Below are positions 1 through 8,320 of a stretch of DNA of 15,515 nt, piece after piece (position 1 is the stretch's first letter; each line of letters starts with the position of its first letter). This DNA is from Candidatus Ratteibacteria bacterium (GTDB lineage: Bacteria > Ratteibacteria > UBA8468 > B48-G9 > DTJG01): assembly GCA_049971295.1 (NCBI GenBank), contig JBMFLH010000044.1, positions 1 through 15,515 on the forward strand. Reading direction: 5' to 3'. The position numbers and the translations under genes were made by a program. A model generated the notes under the pieces. The model was not told the DNA's origin, did not search any database, and saw only the letters and a program-made list of their open reading frames with translations.

Positions 1-74
1 GGAGAAGGTGGGAAAACGAAAAATACAAAGAAAACAGAAAAACACCAGATGGATTTCAGCAAAATATTGTTCAC
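1..74 (-). CDS. Possible 5' end of an exported/membrane protein gene running off the window (MNNILLKSIWCFSVFFVFFVFPPS...)
   Basis: GTG at 74-72 opens a frame that stays open to the window edge and encodes a Lys followed by a hydrophobic Phe/Val stretch, like a signal peptide. No clear SD; only 24 codons are visible. Confidence 0.25.
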   Translation of the reverse strand, partial: MNNILLKSIWCFSVFFVFFVFPPS

Positions 75-124
75 ACACTCTACGGCGCAGACAAAACTAC
101 GGATAAATCCGCACCCCTGCAAAC

Positions 125-151
125 TTGCCAGCAGTTAAATAATGGTATAAT
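125..151 (+). promoter_or_regulatory. Putative sigma70 extended -10 promoter for the DPS-like gene
   Basis: TGgTATAAT at 143-151 and TTGCCA at 125-130 (15-nt spacer, short). SD AGGAGG at 168-173 precedes GTG 179. Confidence 0.5.
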
Positions 152-178
152 ATATTTGGAACCAAAAAGGAGGAGAAA

Positions 179-658
179 GTGGAAAGAAAAGGAATAAAAA
201 TAGTTAAGGCAGACATAAAAGAAGTTGTGCAGCAGCTGAATAAGGCGCTTTCTGATGAATGGCTTGCCTATTACCAATACTGGCTTGGGGAAAAAGTGGT
301 GAAGGGAAAATTTAGAGAAGAGGTTGCTGCTGAATTGGGCCAGCATGCAGGAGATGAATTGAAACATGCTGGAATGATTGCAGACCGAATTATACAACTT
401 GGGGGCACTCCAGTTTTAAAACCAGAGGACTGGTATAAACTGACAAATTGCGGATACGATGCGCCAGAGGATCCGAATGTGATACCTGTTCTGAAGCAAA
501 ACATCAAAGGGGAACAGTGCGCCATAGAGGTTTATCAAAAAATGGCAGAGATGCTCAGGGATAAAGATCCCATTACTTATTTGATGATTCTTTCGATCCT
601 GAAAGATGAAATTGAGCATGAGGATGATTTGATCAATATCCTTGAGGATATCCAATAA
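179..658 (+). CDS. DPS-like (DPSL/thioferritin) ferritin-superfamily protein
   Basis: Four-helix diiron motifs DEWLAYYQY, DELKH, GEQCA and DEIEH; RIIQLGGTP; two Cys (TNCGY, EQCAI) placed as in DPSL proteins such as the Bacteroides fragilis bacterioferritin-related protein. GTG start with strong SD. Confidence 0.9.
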   Translation: MERKGIKIVKADIKEVVQQLNKALSDEWLAYYQYWLGEKVVKGKFREEVAAELGQHAGDELKHAGMIADRIIQLGGTPVLKPEDWYKLTNCGYDAPEDPNVIPVLKQNIKGEQCAIEVYQKMAEMLRDKDPITYLMILSILKDEIEHEDDLINILEDIQ

Positions 659-690
659 ATAAATTGTGAAATGGTATCCGAGGAGGACAA

Positions 691-1140
691 ATGAAGATTA
701 AAATACTGTTACTCTGTTCTATCTGTCTGCTGATTTCTTTATCTTTTGCAGGAATAAATCCAACCATAAAGGAAGAAATTTCCTCTACTTTTCAGACCAT
801 TGACAAACTGATAGAACAGGGTAAAGAAAATATTTTGCATGTTTATACTGCTGCGCTTGAAATACAAAAGCGAGCAACAACTCAATACCAGGCACAGGTA
901 ATTGCAAAAAAAATCATTTCCACATCCAGAATCTCTTCAGCAGATTTTGAACAATTGAGAAAAAATTATAATTTTGCAGAAATATCCATTATCTGGGCTG
1001 TTTCTCAAACTGGCAAAATCCCGCTAATGAAATTGCTCGATGAATTGAAAAATTCAAGCATTGAAAAGATTATGGATAGGTATGGATTAGAATGCGAATA
1101 CATGATTTCTGAAATTGGTAAACTTAATCCACAAAAATAG
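691..1140 (+). CDS. Hypothetical secreted protein, 149 aa, predicted helical
   Basis: SD AGGAGG at 681-686; Sec-type signal peptide MKIKILLLCSICLLISLSFA|G; 32 bp after the DPSL stop; no family recognised. Confidence 0.75.
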   Translation: MKIKILLLCSICLLISLSFAGINPTIKEEISSTFQTIDKLIEQGKENILHVYTAALEIQKRATTQYQAQVIAKKIISTSRISSADFEQLRKNYNFAEISIIWAVSQTGKIPLMKLLDELKNSSIEKIMDRYGLECEYMISEIGKLNPQK

Positions 1141-1152
1141 CTCTATATCTAA

Positions 1153-2922
1153 TCAGGTTGCCTGTTTGTAGAGTTTTTCAAATTCTTCCCATAGATAGCC
1201 AGGGAGTCGTTTACCGAAACTTTCAAAAAACTTTTTCACATCCTCAAGTTCTTCCTTCCACTCTTTAATATTAACATCAAGGATTTTATTGAGTTTGTCT
1301 TTGGGGATATCAATACCAGTGGTATCAATATCCTGTGGATGTGGAACACAGCCAATGGGAGTTTCTTTTGCAGAAACCTTATTATTCACTCTGTCAATAA
1401 TCCACTTGAGCACCCTGATATTTTCACCGAATCCTGGCCAGATAAAGTTTCCATCTTCGTCTTTTCTGAACCAGTTGACTGAAAAGATCTTTGGTGGATT
1501 TTTCATTTTTTTACCTAAATTAATCCAGTGATTGAAATAATCTGCCATGTTATATCCGCAAAATGGAAGCATTGCCATCGGATCCCTTCTCAACATACCC
1601 ACCTTATGTATGGCTGCAGCAGTGGTTTCAGAACCACTTCTTGCTCCCATAAATACGCCATGTTCCCATGAAAATGCTTCTGTCACAAGAGGAACAAGAT
1701 GTGTTCTTCTTCCACCAAAAATGATAGCAGAAATTGGTACTCCTTTTGGATTGTCAAATTCTTTTGAAAGAGTGGGAGTATTATAGATGGAAACAGTAAA
1801 TCTTGAATTGGGATGTGCTGCCGGCGACTCTGAAGATGGATTCCAGGCATTTCCCTGCCAGTCCTGCATGTTTTTCCCTAAAGGTGCATCCATTCCTTCC
1901 CACCATGGTTCACCTGTATCAAGATTCAATCCAGTATTTGTAAAAAGGGTAGGATAGAACTTATCACCTTTCAGGGTTAACATCATGTTGGGATTTGTTT
2001 TGTTTGATGTACCTGGAGCCACTCCAAAAAACCCGATTTCAGGATTGATAGCATACAATCTTCCGTCATCTCCAATATGAAACCAGGCAATGTCATCGCC
2101 GATAGTCCATATTTTATAATCCGGTAATGCTGATTGCATCATTGCAAGATTTGTTTTTCCGCACGCAGATGGCATTGCTGCAGTAATATAGGTGATATTT
2201 CCATCAGGGTCTTCAATTCCTATAATCACCATGTGTTCTGCAAGCCATCCTTCACGATATCCCAACCATGACGCTATCCTTAAAGAAAAACATTTTTTCC
2301 CGAGAAGAGCATTTCCTCCATAGCCAGATCCAATACTCCACACAAGATGTTCATCAGGGAAATGCATGATAAATCTCTTATTCGGGTCAAAATCACCGAC
2401 AGAATGAAGCCCTTTAACAAAATCCTCACTATTTCCAATTTTGTCTATCACATGTTTGCCCATTCTTGTCATAATGCGCATGCTAACAGCAACATAAGAA
2501 ATATCTGTAAGTTGCACGCATGCCTTTGCAAAGGGACTATCAGGATGTCCCATCATATAAGGTAAAACATACATTGTCCTTCCCTTCATACAGCCATCTG
2601 AAAGACGGGTTAACAATTTTTTTGCTTCGTCTGGTTCCATCCAGTTATTGTTTGGACCAGCAAGTTCTCTATCAGGATGGCATACATAGGTAAGATGCTC
2701 TGTTCTTGCAACATCTGTGGGATGACTTCTGTGAAGGTACGCATTGGGCCATTTTTCTTGATTCAATTGATAGAAAACTGGTTTTCCATTGATTTTTTCT
2801 TCTTCCATGCCCACTTTCATCAGCCATCTTGCCTCTTGTTCTGAACCATCGCACCAGTGAATTTTATCTGGCTTTGTTAATTCTGCCTGCTTCTGCACCC
2901 ATTTTTCAAGCGATGTTGACAT
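1153..2922 (-). CDS. pckG: Phosphoenolpyruvate carboxykinase (GTP)
   Basis: DVARTE, GSGYGGNALLGKKCFSLR, WLAEHM, P-loop PSACGKTNLAM, GDDIAW, AHPNSRF, RRDPMAMLPFCGYNM. SD AAGGGAG upstream. Confidence 0.97.
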   Translation of the reverse strand: MSTSLEKWVQKQAELTKPDKIHWCDGSEQEARWLMKVGMEEEKINGKPVFYQLNQEKWPNAYLHRSHPTDVARTEHLTYVCHPDRELAGPNNNWMEPDEAKKLLTRLSDGCMKGRTMYVLPYMMGHPDSPFAKACVQLTDISYVAVSMRIMTRMGKHVIDKIGNSEDFVKGLHSVGDFDPNKRFIMHFPDEHLVWSIGSGYGGNALLGKKCFSLRIASWLGYREGWLAEHMVIIGIEDPDGNITYITAAMPSACGKTNLAMMQSALPDYKIWTIGDDIAWFHIGDDGRLYAINPEIGFFGVAPGTSNKTNPNMMLTLKGDKFYPTLFTNTGLNLDTGEPWWEGMDAPLGKNMQDWQGNAWNPSSESPAAHPNSRFTVSIYNTPTLSKEFDNPKGVPISAIIFGGRRTHLVPLVTEAFSWEHGVFMGARSGSETTAAAIHKVGMLRRDPMAMLPFCGYNMADYFNHWINLGKKMKNPPKIFSVNWFRKDEDGNFIWPGFGENIRVLKWIIDRVNNKVSAKETPIGCVPHPQDIDTTGIDIPKDKLNKILDVNIKEWKEELEDVKKFFESFGKRLPGYLWEEFEKLYKQAT

Positions 2923-2974
2923 AAGATTCTCCCTTGTGAAAATGTTCGGGGATCAGTGTAATTTATTGGGAATA

Positions 2975-3004
2975 ATTATAACCTAATCAGAAAAAAATTT
3001 ACAA
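2975..3004 (-). promoter_or_regulatory. Putative sigma70 promoter for pckG
   Basis: Minus strand TTGTAA (3004-2999), 18-nt spacer, TATAAT (2980-2975) in the 97-bp pyrG-pckG gap. Confidence 0.55.
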
Positions 3005-3019
3005 TCCACATGGTTTTTC

Positions 3020-4618
3020 TTATCCCTTATGCTGAAGCGAGGCACTGATAAACGAGGAGAAAAGAGGATGGCACGCGAATGGTTTTGATTGAAATTCTGG
3101 ATGAAATTGGGTTGCTATGAAAAATGGATGGTTTTCAATCTCAATGATTTCAACAAGTTTTTTATCAGGGGAGAAACCAGTAAATTTCATTCCATGTTTT
3201 TCGAAACTTTCAAGGTATGTAATATTGAATTCCCATCTATGTCTGTGTCTTTCATAAATCTTTTTCTTTTTATATACCCTTGAAGCCAGAGACCTTGGCT
3301 CAATAATACAGGGATAACTGCCCAATCTCATTGTTCCACCAAGTTTTGTAATGTTTTTCTGTTCGTCAAGCAGACAAATTACAGGGTCTGGAGTATGCTG
3401 ACAAAATTCAGTACTGTTTGCTTCCTTCAATCCAATCACATTTCTTGCAAATTCAATCACAGAACACTGAAGTCCCAGACATATTCCAAGAAAAGGTATC
3501 GTATTTTCCCTGCAGTACTTAATGGTTTTTATCATACCCTCGACCCCGCGCACACCAAAGCCACCTGGCAGCACCACGCCATCAACTTCTTTTAACAAAA
3601 TTTCAGGACCATCCTTTTCAATCTGTTCAGAATCAATTTTAACCAGTTCAACTCTGCAGCGATTGGATATGGCTCCGTGCACGATGGCTTCGTATATTGA
3701 TTTATATGAATCCTGTAGTTTAATATACTTGCCGACCACTGCGACGCGCACCTTTTCAGTAGCAGTATGGAGAATATTGACGATATTGTTCCACCTTTCA
3801 AGTGAGGGATGTGGATGAGCGGGCAGTTTCAGGTGTTCAAGAATGATTTTATCAAGATTCTGACGGTGAAAAATCAAGGGAATTTCATAAATGTACGGGG
3901 TATCAATGGCTTCAATAACTGCCTGTTTTTTTACATTACAGAAAAGTGCAATTTTTTCTTTCAGGTCCTGAGAAAGGGGTTTTTCGGTTCTGCACAGCAG
4001 TATCTGTGGTTGGATGCCTATTTCTCTGAGATTTGCCACAGAATGCTGGGTTGGTTTTGTTTTCAGTTCTCCTGCTGCACGAATAAAAGGCACAAGGGTT
4101 AAATGGATAAAAACAGTATTTTCTGCATTATACTCAAAACGAAGCTGTCTGATTGCTTCAAGAAAAGGCAAACTTTCTATATCTCCCACAGTCCCACCAA
4201 TCTCACATATGAGTATGTCGACCTTCTTTGTCAGTATCATAATGCGATTTTTGATTTCATCAGTGATATGTGGAACAACCTGTATCGTTTTTCCAAGATA
4301 TTTTCCTTCTCTTTCTTTTTGAATCACAGAATAATAAATCTGACCGCTTGTTACATTATTTAATCTTGAAATTTTTGCGTTCGTAAATCGCTCATAATGG
4401 CCAAGGTCAAGATCTGTTTCTGCTCCATCCTGAGTGACATATACCTCGCCGTGTTGGAATGGACTCATAGTACCCGGGTCAACATTGATGTACGGGTCAA
4501 GTTTCATCATTGAAATTCTGTAGCCATGACTTTCCATCAGTGCACCTATGGATGCACTCGCAATTCCTTTACCGAGCGATGATACAACACCACCTGTGAT
4601 AAATATCAGTTTAGTCAT
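3020..4618 (-). CDS. pyrG: CTP synthase
   Basis: GGVVSSLGKG, DPYINVDPGTMSP, ETDLDLGHYERF, KTKPTQHSV; glutaminase triad in GICLG and QFHPEF. Confidence 0.98.
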   Translation of the reverse strand: MTKLIFITGGVVSSLGKGIASASIGALMESHGYRISMMKLDPYINVDPGTMSPFQHGEVYVTQDGAETDLDLGHYERFTNAKISRLNNVTSGQIYYSVIQKEREGKYLGKTIQVVPHITDEIKNRIMILTKKVDILICEIGGTVGDIESLPFLEAIRQLRFEYNAENTVFIHLTLVPFIRAAGELKTKPTQHSVANLREIGIQPQILLCRTEKPLSQDLKEKIALFCNVKKQAVIEAIDTPYIYEIPLIFHRQNLDKIILEHLKLPAHPHPSLERWNNIVNILHTATEKVRVAVVGKYIKLQDSYKSIYEAIVHGAISNRCRVELVKIDSEQIEKDGPEILLKEVDGVVLPGGFGVRGVEGMIKTIKYCRENTIPFLGICLGLQCSVIEFARNVIGLKEANSTEFCQHTPDPVICLLDEQKNITKLGGTMRLGSYPCIIEPRSLASRVYKKKKIYERHRHRWEFNITYLESFEKHGMKFTGFSPDKKLVEIIEIENHPFFIATQFHPEFQSKPFACHPLFSSFISASLQHKG

Positions 4619-5360
4619 GGCCTGCTACCTTCAACCTTTTCAGATCCTCAATGGTATCAATGGAGATTGAATCTTTTGAAATAATAACAATCTTAATTTT
4701 ATAGCCATTTTCAAGAATTCTTAATTGTTCAAGCTGTTCAAATTTTTCAAGATTGCCAGAAGGTAATTTTTTAAACTTCAGGATAAAATTTCTTCTGAAG
4801 ACATACACTCCAATGTGTTTGAAAAATTCCACTTTTCCAAAAAATGGTATGTCCCTGTTAAAATAGGTACGAGGAAAAGGAATGAGGCTGCCAGAAAAAA
4901 ACAGAGCAAAACCGTTTTTATCCGACACGACCTTGGTGATATTGGGATTATAAAGTTCCTGCTCTGTTCTTATCCTTGTTACAGGTGTTGAACATAAAAT
5001 TTTTTTATTCTTTAACATTTCTGCTACAGGTTTGTCAATTGCCTCATCAGGAACAAATGGTTCGTCTGCCTGAATATTGACAAAAATCCTTCCCGGTATT
5101 TTTTCAGCAACCTCTGCTACCCTATCACTGCCACATGTACAATTTGAGGAAGTCAAAATCACCTCTGCCCCAAAACTTCTGGCATGATTTGCTATAATGT
5201 CGCTATCGGTTGCTATAATCACTTTCTCGAGAGTTTTTGCCTTTTTTGCATGCTGATACACGCTTTCAAGGATCGTGATATTTCCTATTTTCTGAAGTAC
5301 CTTTCCACAAAATCGTTCAGATTGATACCTCGCTGGAATTACTCCAATGATACCCTTCAT
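4611..5360 (-). CDS. kdsB: 3-deoxy-manno-octulosonate cytidylyltransferase (CMP-Kdo synthetase)
   Basis: IPARYQSERF.GK, GSDRVAE, NIQADEP, KHIGVY, LEQLRILENG, SIDT.EDL; 8-bp overlap with pyrG, a common kdsB-pyrG linkage. Confidence 0.92.
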   Translation of the reverse strand: MKGIIGVIPARYQSERFCGKVLQKIGNITILESVYQHAKKAKTLEKVIIATDSDIIANHARSFGAEVILTSSNCTCGSDRVAEVAEKIPGRIFVNIQADEPFVPDEAIDKPVAEMLKNKKILCSTPVTRIRTEQELYNPNITKVVSDKNGFALFFSGSLIPFPRTYFNRDIPFFGKVEFFKHIGVYVFRRNFILKFKKLPSGNLEKFEQLEQLRILENGYKIKIVIISKDSISIDTIEDLKRLKVAGHD

Positions 5361-6370
5361 TTAATCGCCTTTATCACAGAAGAATGATACACATCAAATA
5401 TTGTTTTCAATTCTTCTGGTGAAACATTTGCGGTACCAAGTTTTTGAACCACCACGCCTGCCGCAAGATTTGCAAACGTAGCGGCTTTCACGATATCAAA
5501 ACCGCATGCGAGAGCAAGCGTCAGCACAGCAATCACAGTATCCCCTGCTCCAGTAACATCAAAAACCTCTTTGCTTATTGCAGGAAGGTGTATAACCTTT
5601 GAACCAGTAAAAATTGTCATGCCATCCTTGCCTCTGGTAATAACCAGCATATTTGATTGCAAGCTTTTCATGATTCTGTTGCCAAGATTTACTATGTCCT
5701 GTTCTGTTGTTGGCTCTGGCATGTGCATTCCAGCGCTTGCTTCCATAAGGTTCGGGGTCAGACAATCAACATTTTTATAATAGGAAAAATGGTTAACTTT
5801 CGGGTCAACTGTAATAATTTTTTTATAACGGCGGCACAGGTGTACCAGATGCGTAATAAGGGAGGGTACAATAACTCCCTTTCCATAGTCAGAGATAATG
5901 ACAGCGTCATAATTTTCAATTTCTTTCTCAAAAAACTGTTGCATTTTCTCTGTCTCACTCTGAGACAATTTTTCGATCTGTTCGTTGTCAACCCGTATCA
6001 TTTGCTGGGAACCAGCGATAATCCTTGTCTTAATGCTTGTTGGAAAATCCTTTCTGGGAAGCAAGAATGTCCCAACATGGCTTGTTTCAAGAATGTCTTT
6101 CAGCAAAGCACCGTTGGAATCATCTCCGATGACCCCGCAAATGGTCACGTGTCCTTTAAGACCGGAGATATTCAGACATACATTTCCTGCACCGCCACAC
6201 CGATAAATTTGATTTTTAACTTCAACAATCGGTACAGGCGCTTCTGGAGAAATCCTTCTTACCTGACCTGTTACAAAATGGTCAAGAATCAAATCTCCTA
6301 CAACAAGGATTCTACGTTTTGGAATGTCTGTCAAAAATTTCTCAAGATGTTGATTTTTTAATATCGCCAT
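5357..6370 (-). CDS. rfaE1: D-glycero-beta-D-manno-heptose-7-phosphate kinase (stand-alone RfaE domain I / HldA, PfkB family)
   Basis: VVGDLILDHF, RISPEAPVP, GGAGNV, KTRII, ISDYGKG, VDPK, TPN..EA, DVTGAGDTVIA; no C-terminal adenylyltransferase domain; ATGA overlap with kdsB. Confidence 0.93.
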   Translation of the reverse strand: MAILKNQHLEKFLTDIPKRRILVVGDLILDHFVTGQVRRISPEAPVPIVEVKNQIYRCGGAGNVCLNISGLKGHVTICGVIGDDSNGALLKDILETSHVGTFLLPRKDFPTSIKTRIIAGSQQMIRVDNEQIEKLSQSETEKMQQFFEKEIENYDAVIISDYGKGVIVPSLITHLVHLCRRYKKIITVDPKVNHFSYYKNVDCLTPNLMEASAGMHMPEPTTEQDIVNLGNRIMKSLQSNMLVITRGKDGMTIFTGSKVIHLPAISKEVFDVTGAGDTVIAVLTLALACGFDIVKAATFANLAAGVVVQKLGTANVSPEELKTIFDVYHSSVIKAIK

Positions 6371-6376
6371 TTAATC

Positions 6377-8320
6377 TCAAATCCAGAAAACTACGTTTCC
6401 TTGTTTTTTGGCAATAAAATCAATGAAAACCCAGATTCCAGCGCATGTGTAATATCCAAGTGGCAATCCAAGGAAAAAGTATTTGCTCTTTTCGTATGCT
6501 CGCGCGCCACCATACTTAAGGATAATCTTTTTAATAAGCCACGCAATGAATATGGAAAACCATAGTGAGTCCATCAACCAAACTGGTCCAATCACAAATC
6601 CAATTGGATGAAGTGGCCACCAAAGAAATTGCTGACGCATAAACATAATGCCAGACATTACCACCAGACCAATGCCTCGACACAGCCATCCAATCTTGTT
6701 TGAATCAGTAGGGTTTTTTATCAGGTCTGCGATGTAATCAAACGGTGCCTGGGGACCGCCTCTGAAAAACCAGCTGTTCAGATTGATTCCGCCGTATTTA
6801 TACGAAATTTTGAGCATAAAAAACATTGTGGCAATGATATTGACAAGGATCGCTGTCATAATTGCCCAGAATAAATATCTTTTTCCTCCGCTGAACTGAT
6901 TCATAATTTTCAATGACATGCTGCTGGCTGCCATCGGGAATGTTCTTAAATCAGCGCTGTACACATATGTCAGGCCGAGTGCTACAAGTGCAGTAACAGG
7001 CATATGCTTGCTTCCCCACATAGAAATCACGATGGAAGACGATATGATTGTTGCAACAAGTGTAGGAACACCTGTCTCACACACAATTCTTGTTAAAACA
7101 AGGAAAATGATAAGCGCAAACAGGTAAAAAACAAGACCGATCGTAATGTTAAGTCCTGAATACACAAGCCATCCCAGCACAAAGATTGAGCCAATCACAA
7201 AACCCCAGAAGGCAACTTTATATGAAAGGATTTCATCTGAATCGTCAGTATTGGCTTTCCCGATTGCACTTCTCCATATATCTCTGAAATGGCTGCGGGC
7301 AATGTACAAACTGTATGCTACCATTGCTATCATTGCACCGGTTCCTAAATGGGCGAATATCGCATATCCAGAGCATCCGTAAATTCCAATGTTTTCTGTG
7401 CTTGAAATCCCTGTGATATTGAAAACACCCTTAATAATCTGGAAAATTAGATTGAAAAACCATAGTGAGAAGCTCACTTCAAGGTTTGCCAGATAAACAA
7501 ATCCAATTACTGGAAAACTTACCCTTAAGATGATGTTTTGCGTCCCTCTGAACGCAGAGATTGATTGCTGTAATCGTGGAGCTGGTATCATATTGTTATA
7601 CGCATGCAGTGCCACCATGGTTGCAACGAGAAACGCGATACCAAAGCCGAGCCACATCAATGGATTTTTGAAAAAGCCAGGCAGATATGACTTTTTACCT
7701 GGCTGATTAGGTTGTTCTTTGACCATTTCTATCGGAAGGATGGTCAATGGATATACCAGTTTTTCTCTGTCCATCCACTGTTTTCTTAACATCACTGCAA
7801 TGCATATTGTACAAAAATAGAAAACAAGTAAAAACGGTATCCAGAGAGACAGTGGCTTAATCCAGACACCCCATGGAATGGACATACCTTTTGGAAGTCC
7901 TTCAAAAAAATATGTGACTGCATTCGGATCTGTTACTATCAAACTTTTTCGCAGATGCGGAACGATTAAGGTATTCCATTCATTCTGAGGATTTGCATAG
8001 TATGATGGAGCAGAAATCAACGGAAGAATTTGACTGCCAAGTCCCATTTCAGTTACAGAGCAGGCAACCAGCATCATACAATAAACAAGAAGCATTTCTC
8101 CTGGTCTGAAAGCAAGTTTCTGATTTATTCTTTTGAGCAAAGTGTTGACAAAAAAGACAAGAAAGAAAAACAATGTGATGGCTGCAACAGGCATATGGTC
8201 AATAGCAAGATATGAGCCGGAATTGATATCTACTGAAACATGGTCATAAAATGCAATAAATATGGAAAGTATGATACCGGTCAGAAAAGAGCGAAAAGTA
8301 AATACCCGTTCCACGTTCAC
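6377..8320 (-). CDS. Polytopic membrane protein resembling the DUF6785/DUF6784 family (often annotated putative peptide transporter); real start probably GTG at 8314
   Basis: Many hydrophobic helices; motifs PW..W..PL..W, LRKQW...EKL.YPL, LTRIVCETG, WWPLHPIGF, W.SIFIAWLIK..ILKYGG. SD AGGAG (8324-8320) is properly spaced for GTG 8314. Family call is from recalled motifs. Confidence 0.8.
   Translation of the reverse strand: MNVERVFTFRSFLTGIILSIFIAFYDHVSVDINSGSYLAIDHMPVAAITLFFFLVFFVNTLLKRINQKLAFRPGEMLLVYCMMLVACSVTEMGLGSQILPLISAPSYYANPQNEWNTLIVPHLRKSLIVTDPNAVTYFFEGLPKGMSIPWGVWIKPLSLWIPFLLVFYFCTICIAVMLRKQWMDREKLVYPLTILPIEMVKEQPNQPGKKSYLPGFFKNPLMWLGFGIAFLVATMVALHAYNNMIPAPRLQQSISAFRGTQNIILRVSFPVIGFVYLANLEVSFSLWFFNLIFQIIKGVFNITGISSTENIGIYGCSGYAIFAHLGTGAMIAMVAYSLYIARSHFRDIWRSAIGKANTDDSDEILSYKVAFWGFVIGSIFVLGWLVYSGLNITIGLVFYLFALIIFLVLTRIVCETGVPTLVATIISSSIVISMWGSKHMPVTALVALGLTYVYSADLRTFPMAASSMSLKIMNQFSGGKRYLFWAIMTAILVNIIATMFFMLKISYKYGGINLNSWFFRGGPQAPFDYIADLIKNPTDSNKIGWLCRGIGLVVMSGIMFMRQQFLWWPLHPIGFVIGPVWLMDSLWFSIFIAWLIKKIILKYGGARAYEKSKYFFLGLPLGYYTCAGIWVFIDFIAKKQGNVVFWI

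Noticed and set aside
135..158. Fur/PerR box upstream of the DPSL gene
   Set aside because: AT-rich with only a partial ATAAT match and no convincing dyad symmetry.
179..658. Ferritin-like protein as encapsulin cargo
   Set aside because: No C-terminal targeting peptide and no encapsulin shell gene in the window.
5657..6361. 234-aa antisense ORF, and the other short ORFs overlapping main genes
   Set aside because: They lie opposite or inside well-conserved genes and show no motifs; these are typical shadow ORFs.
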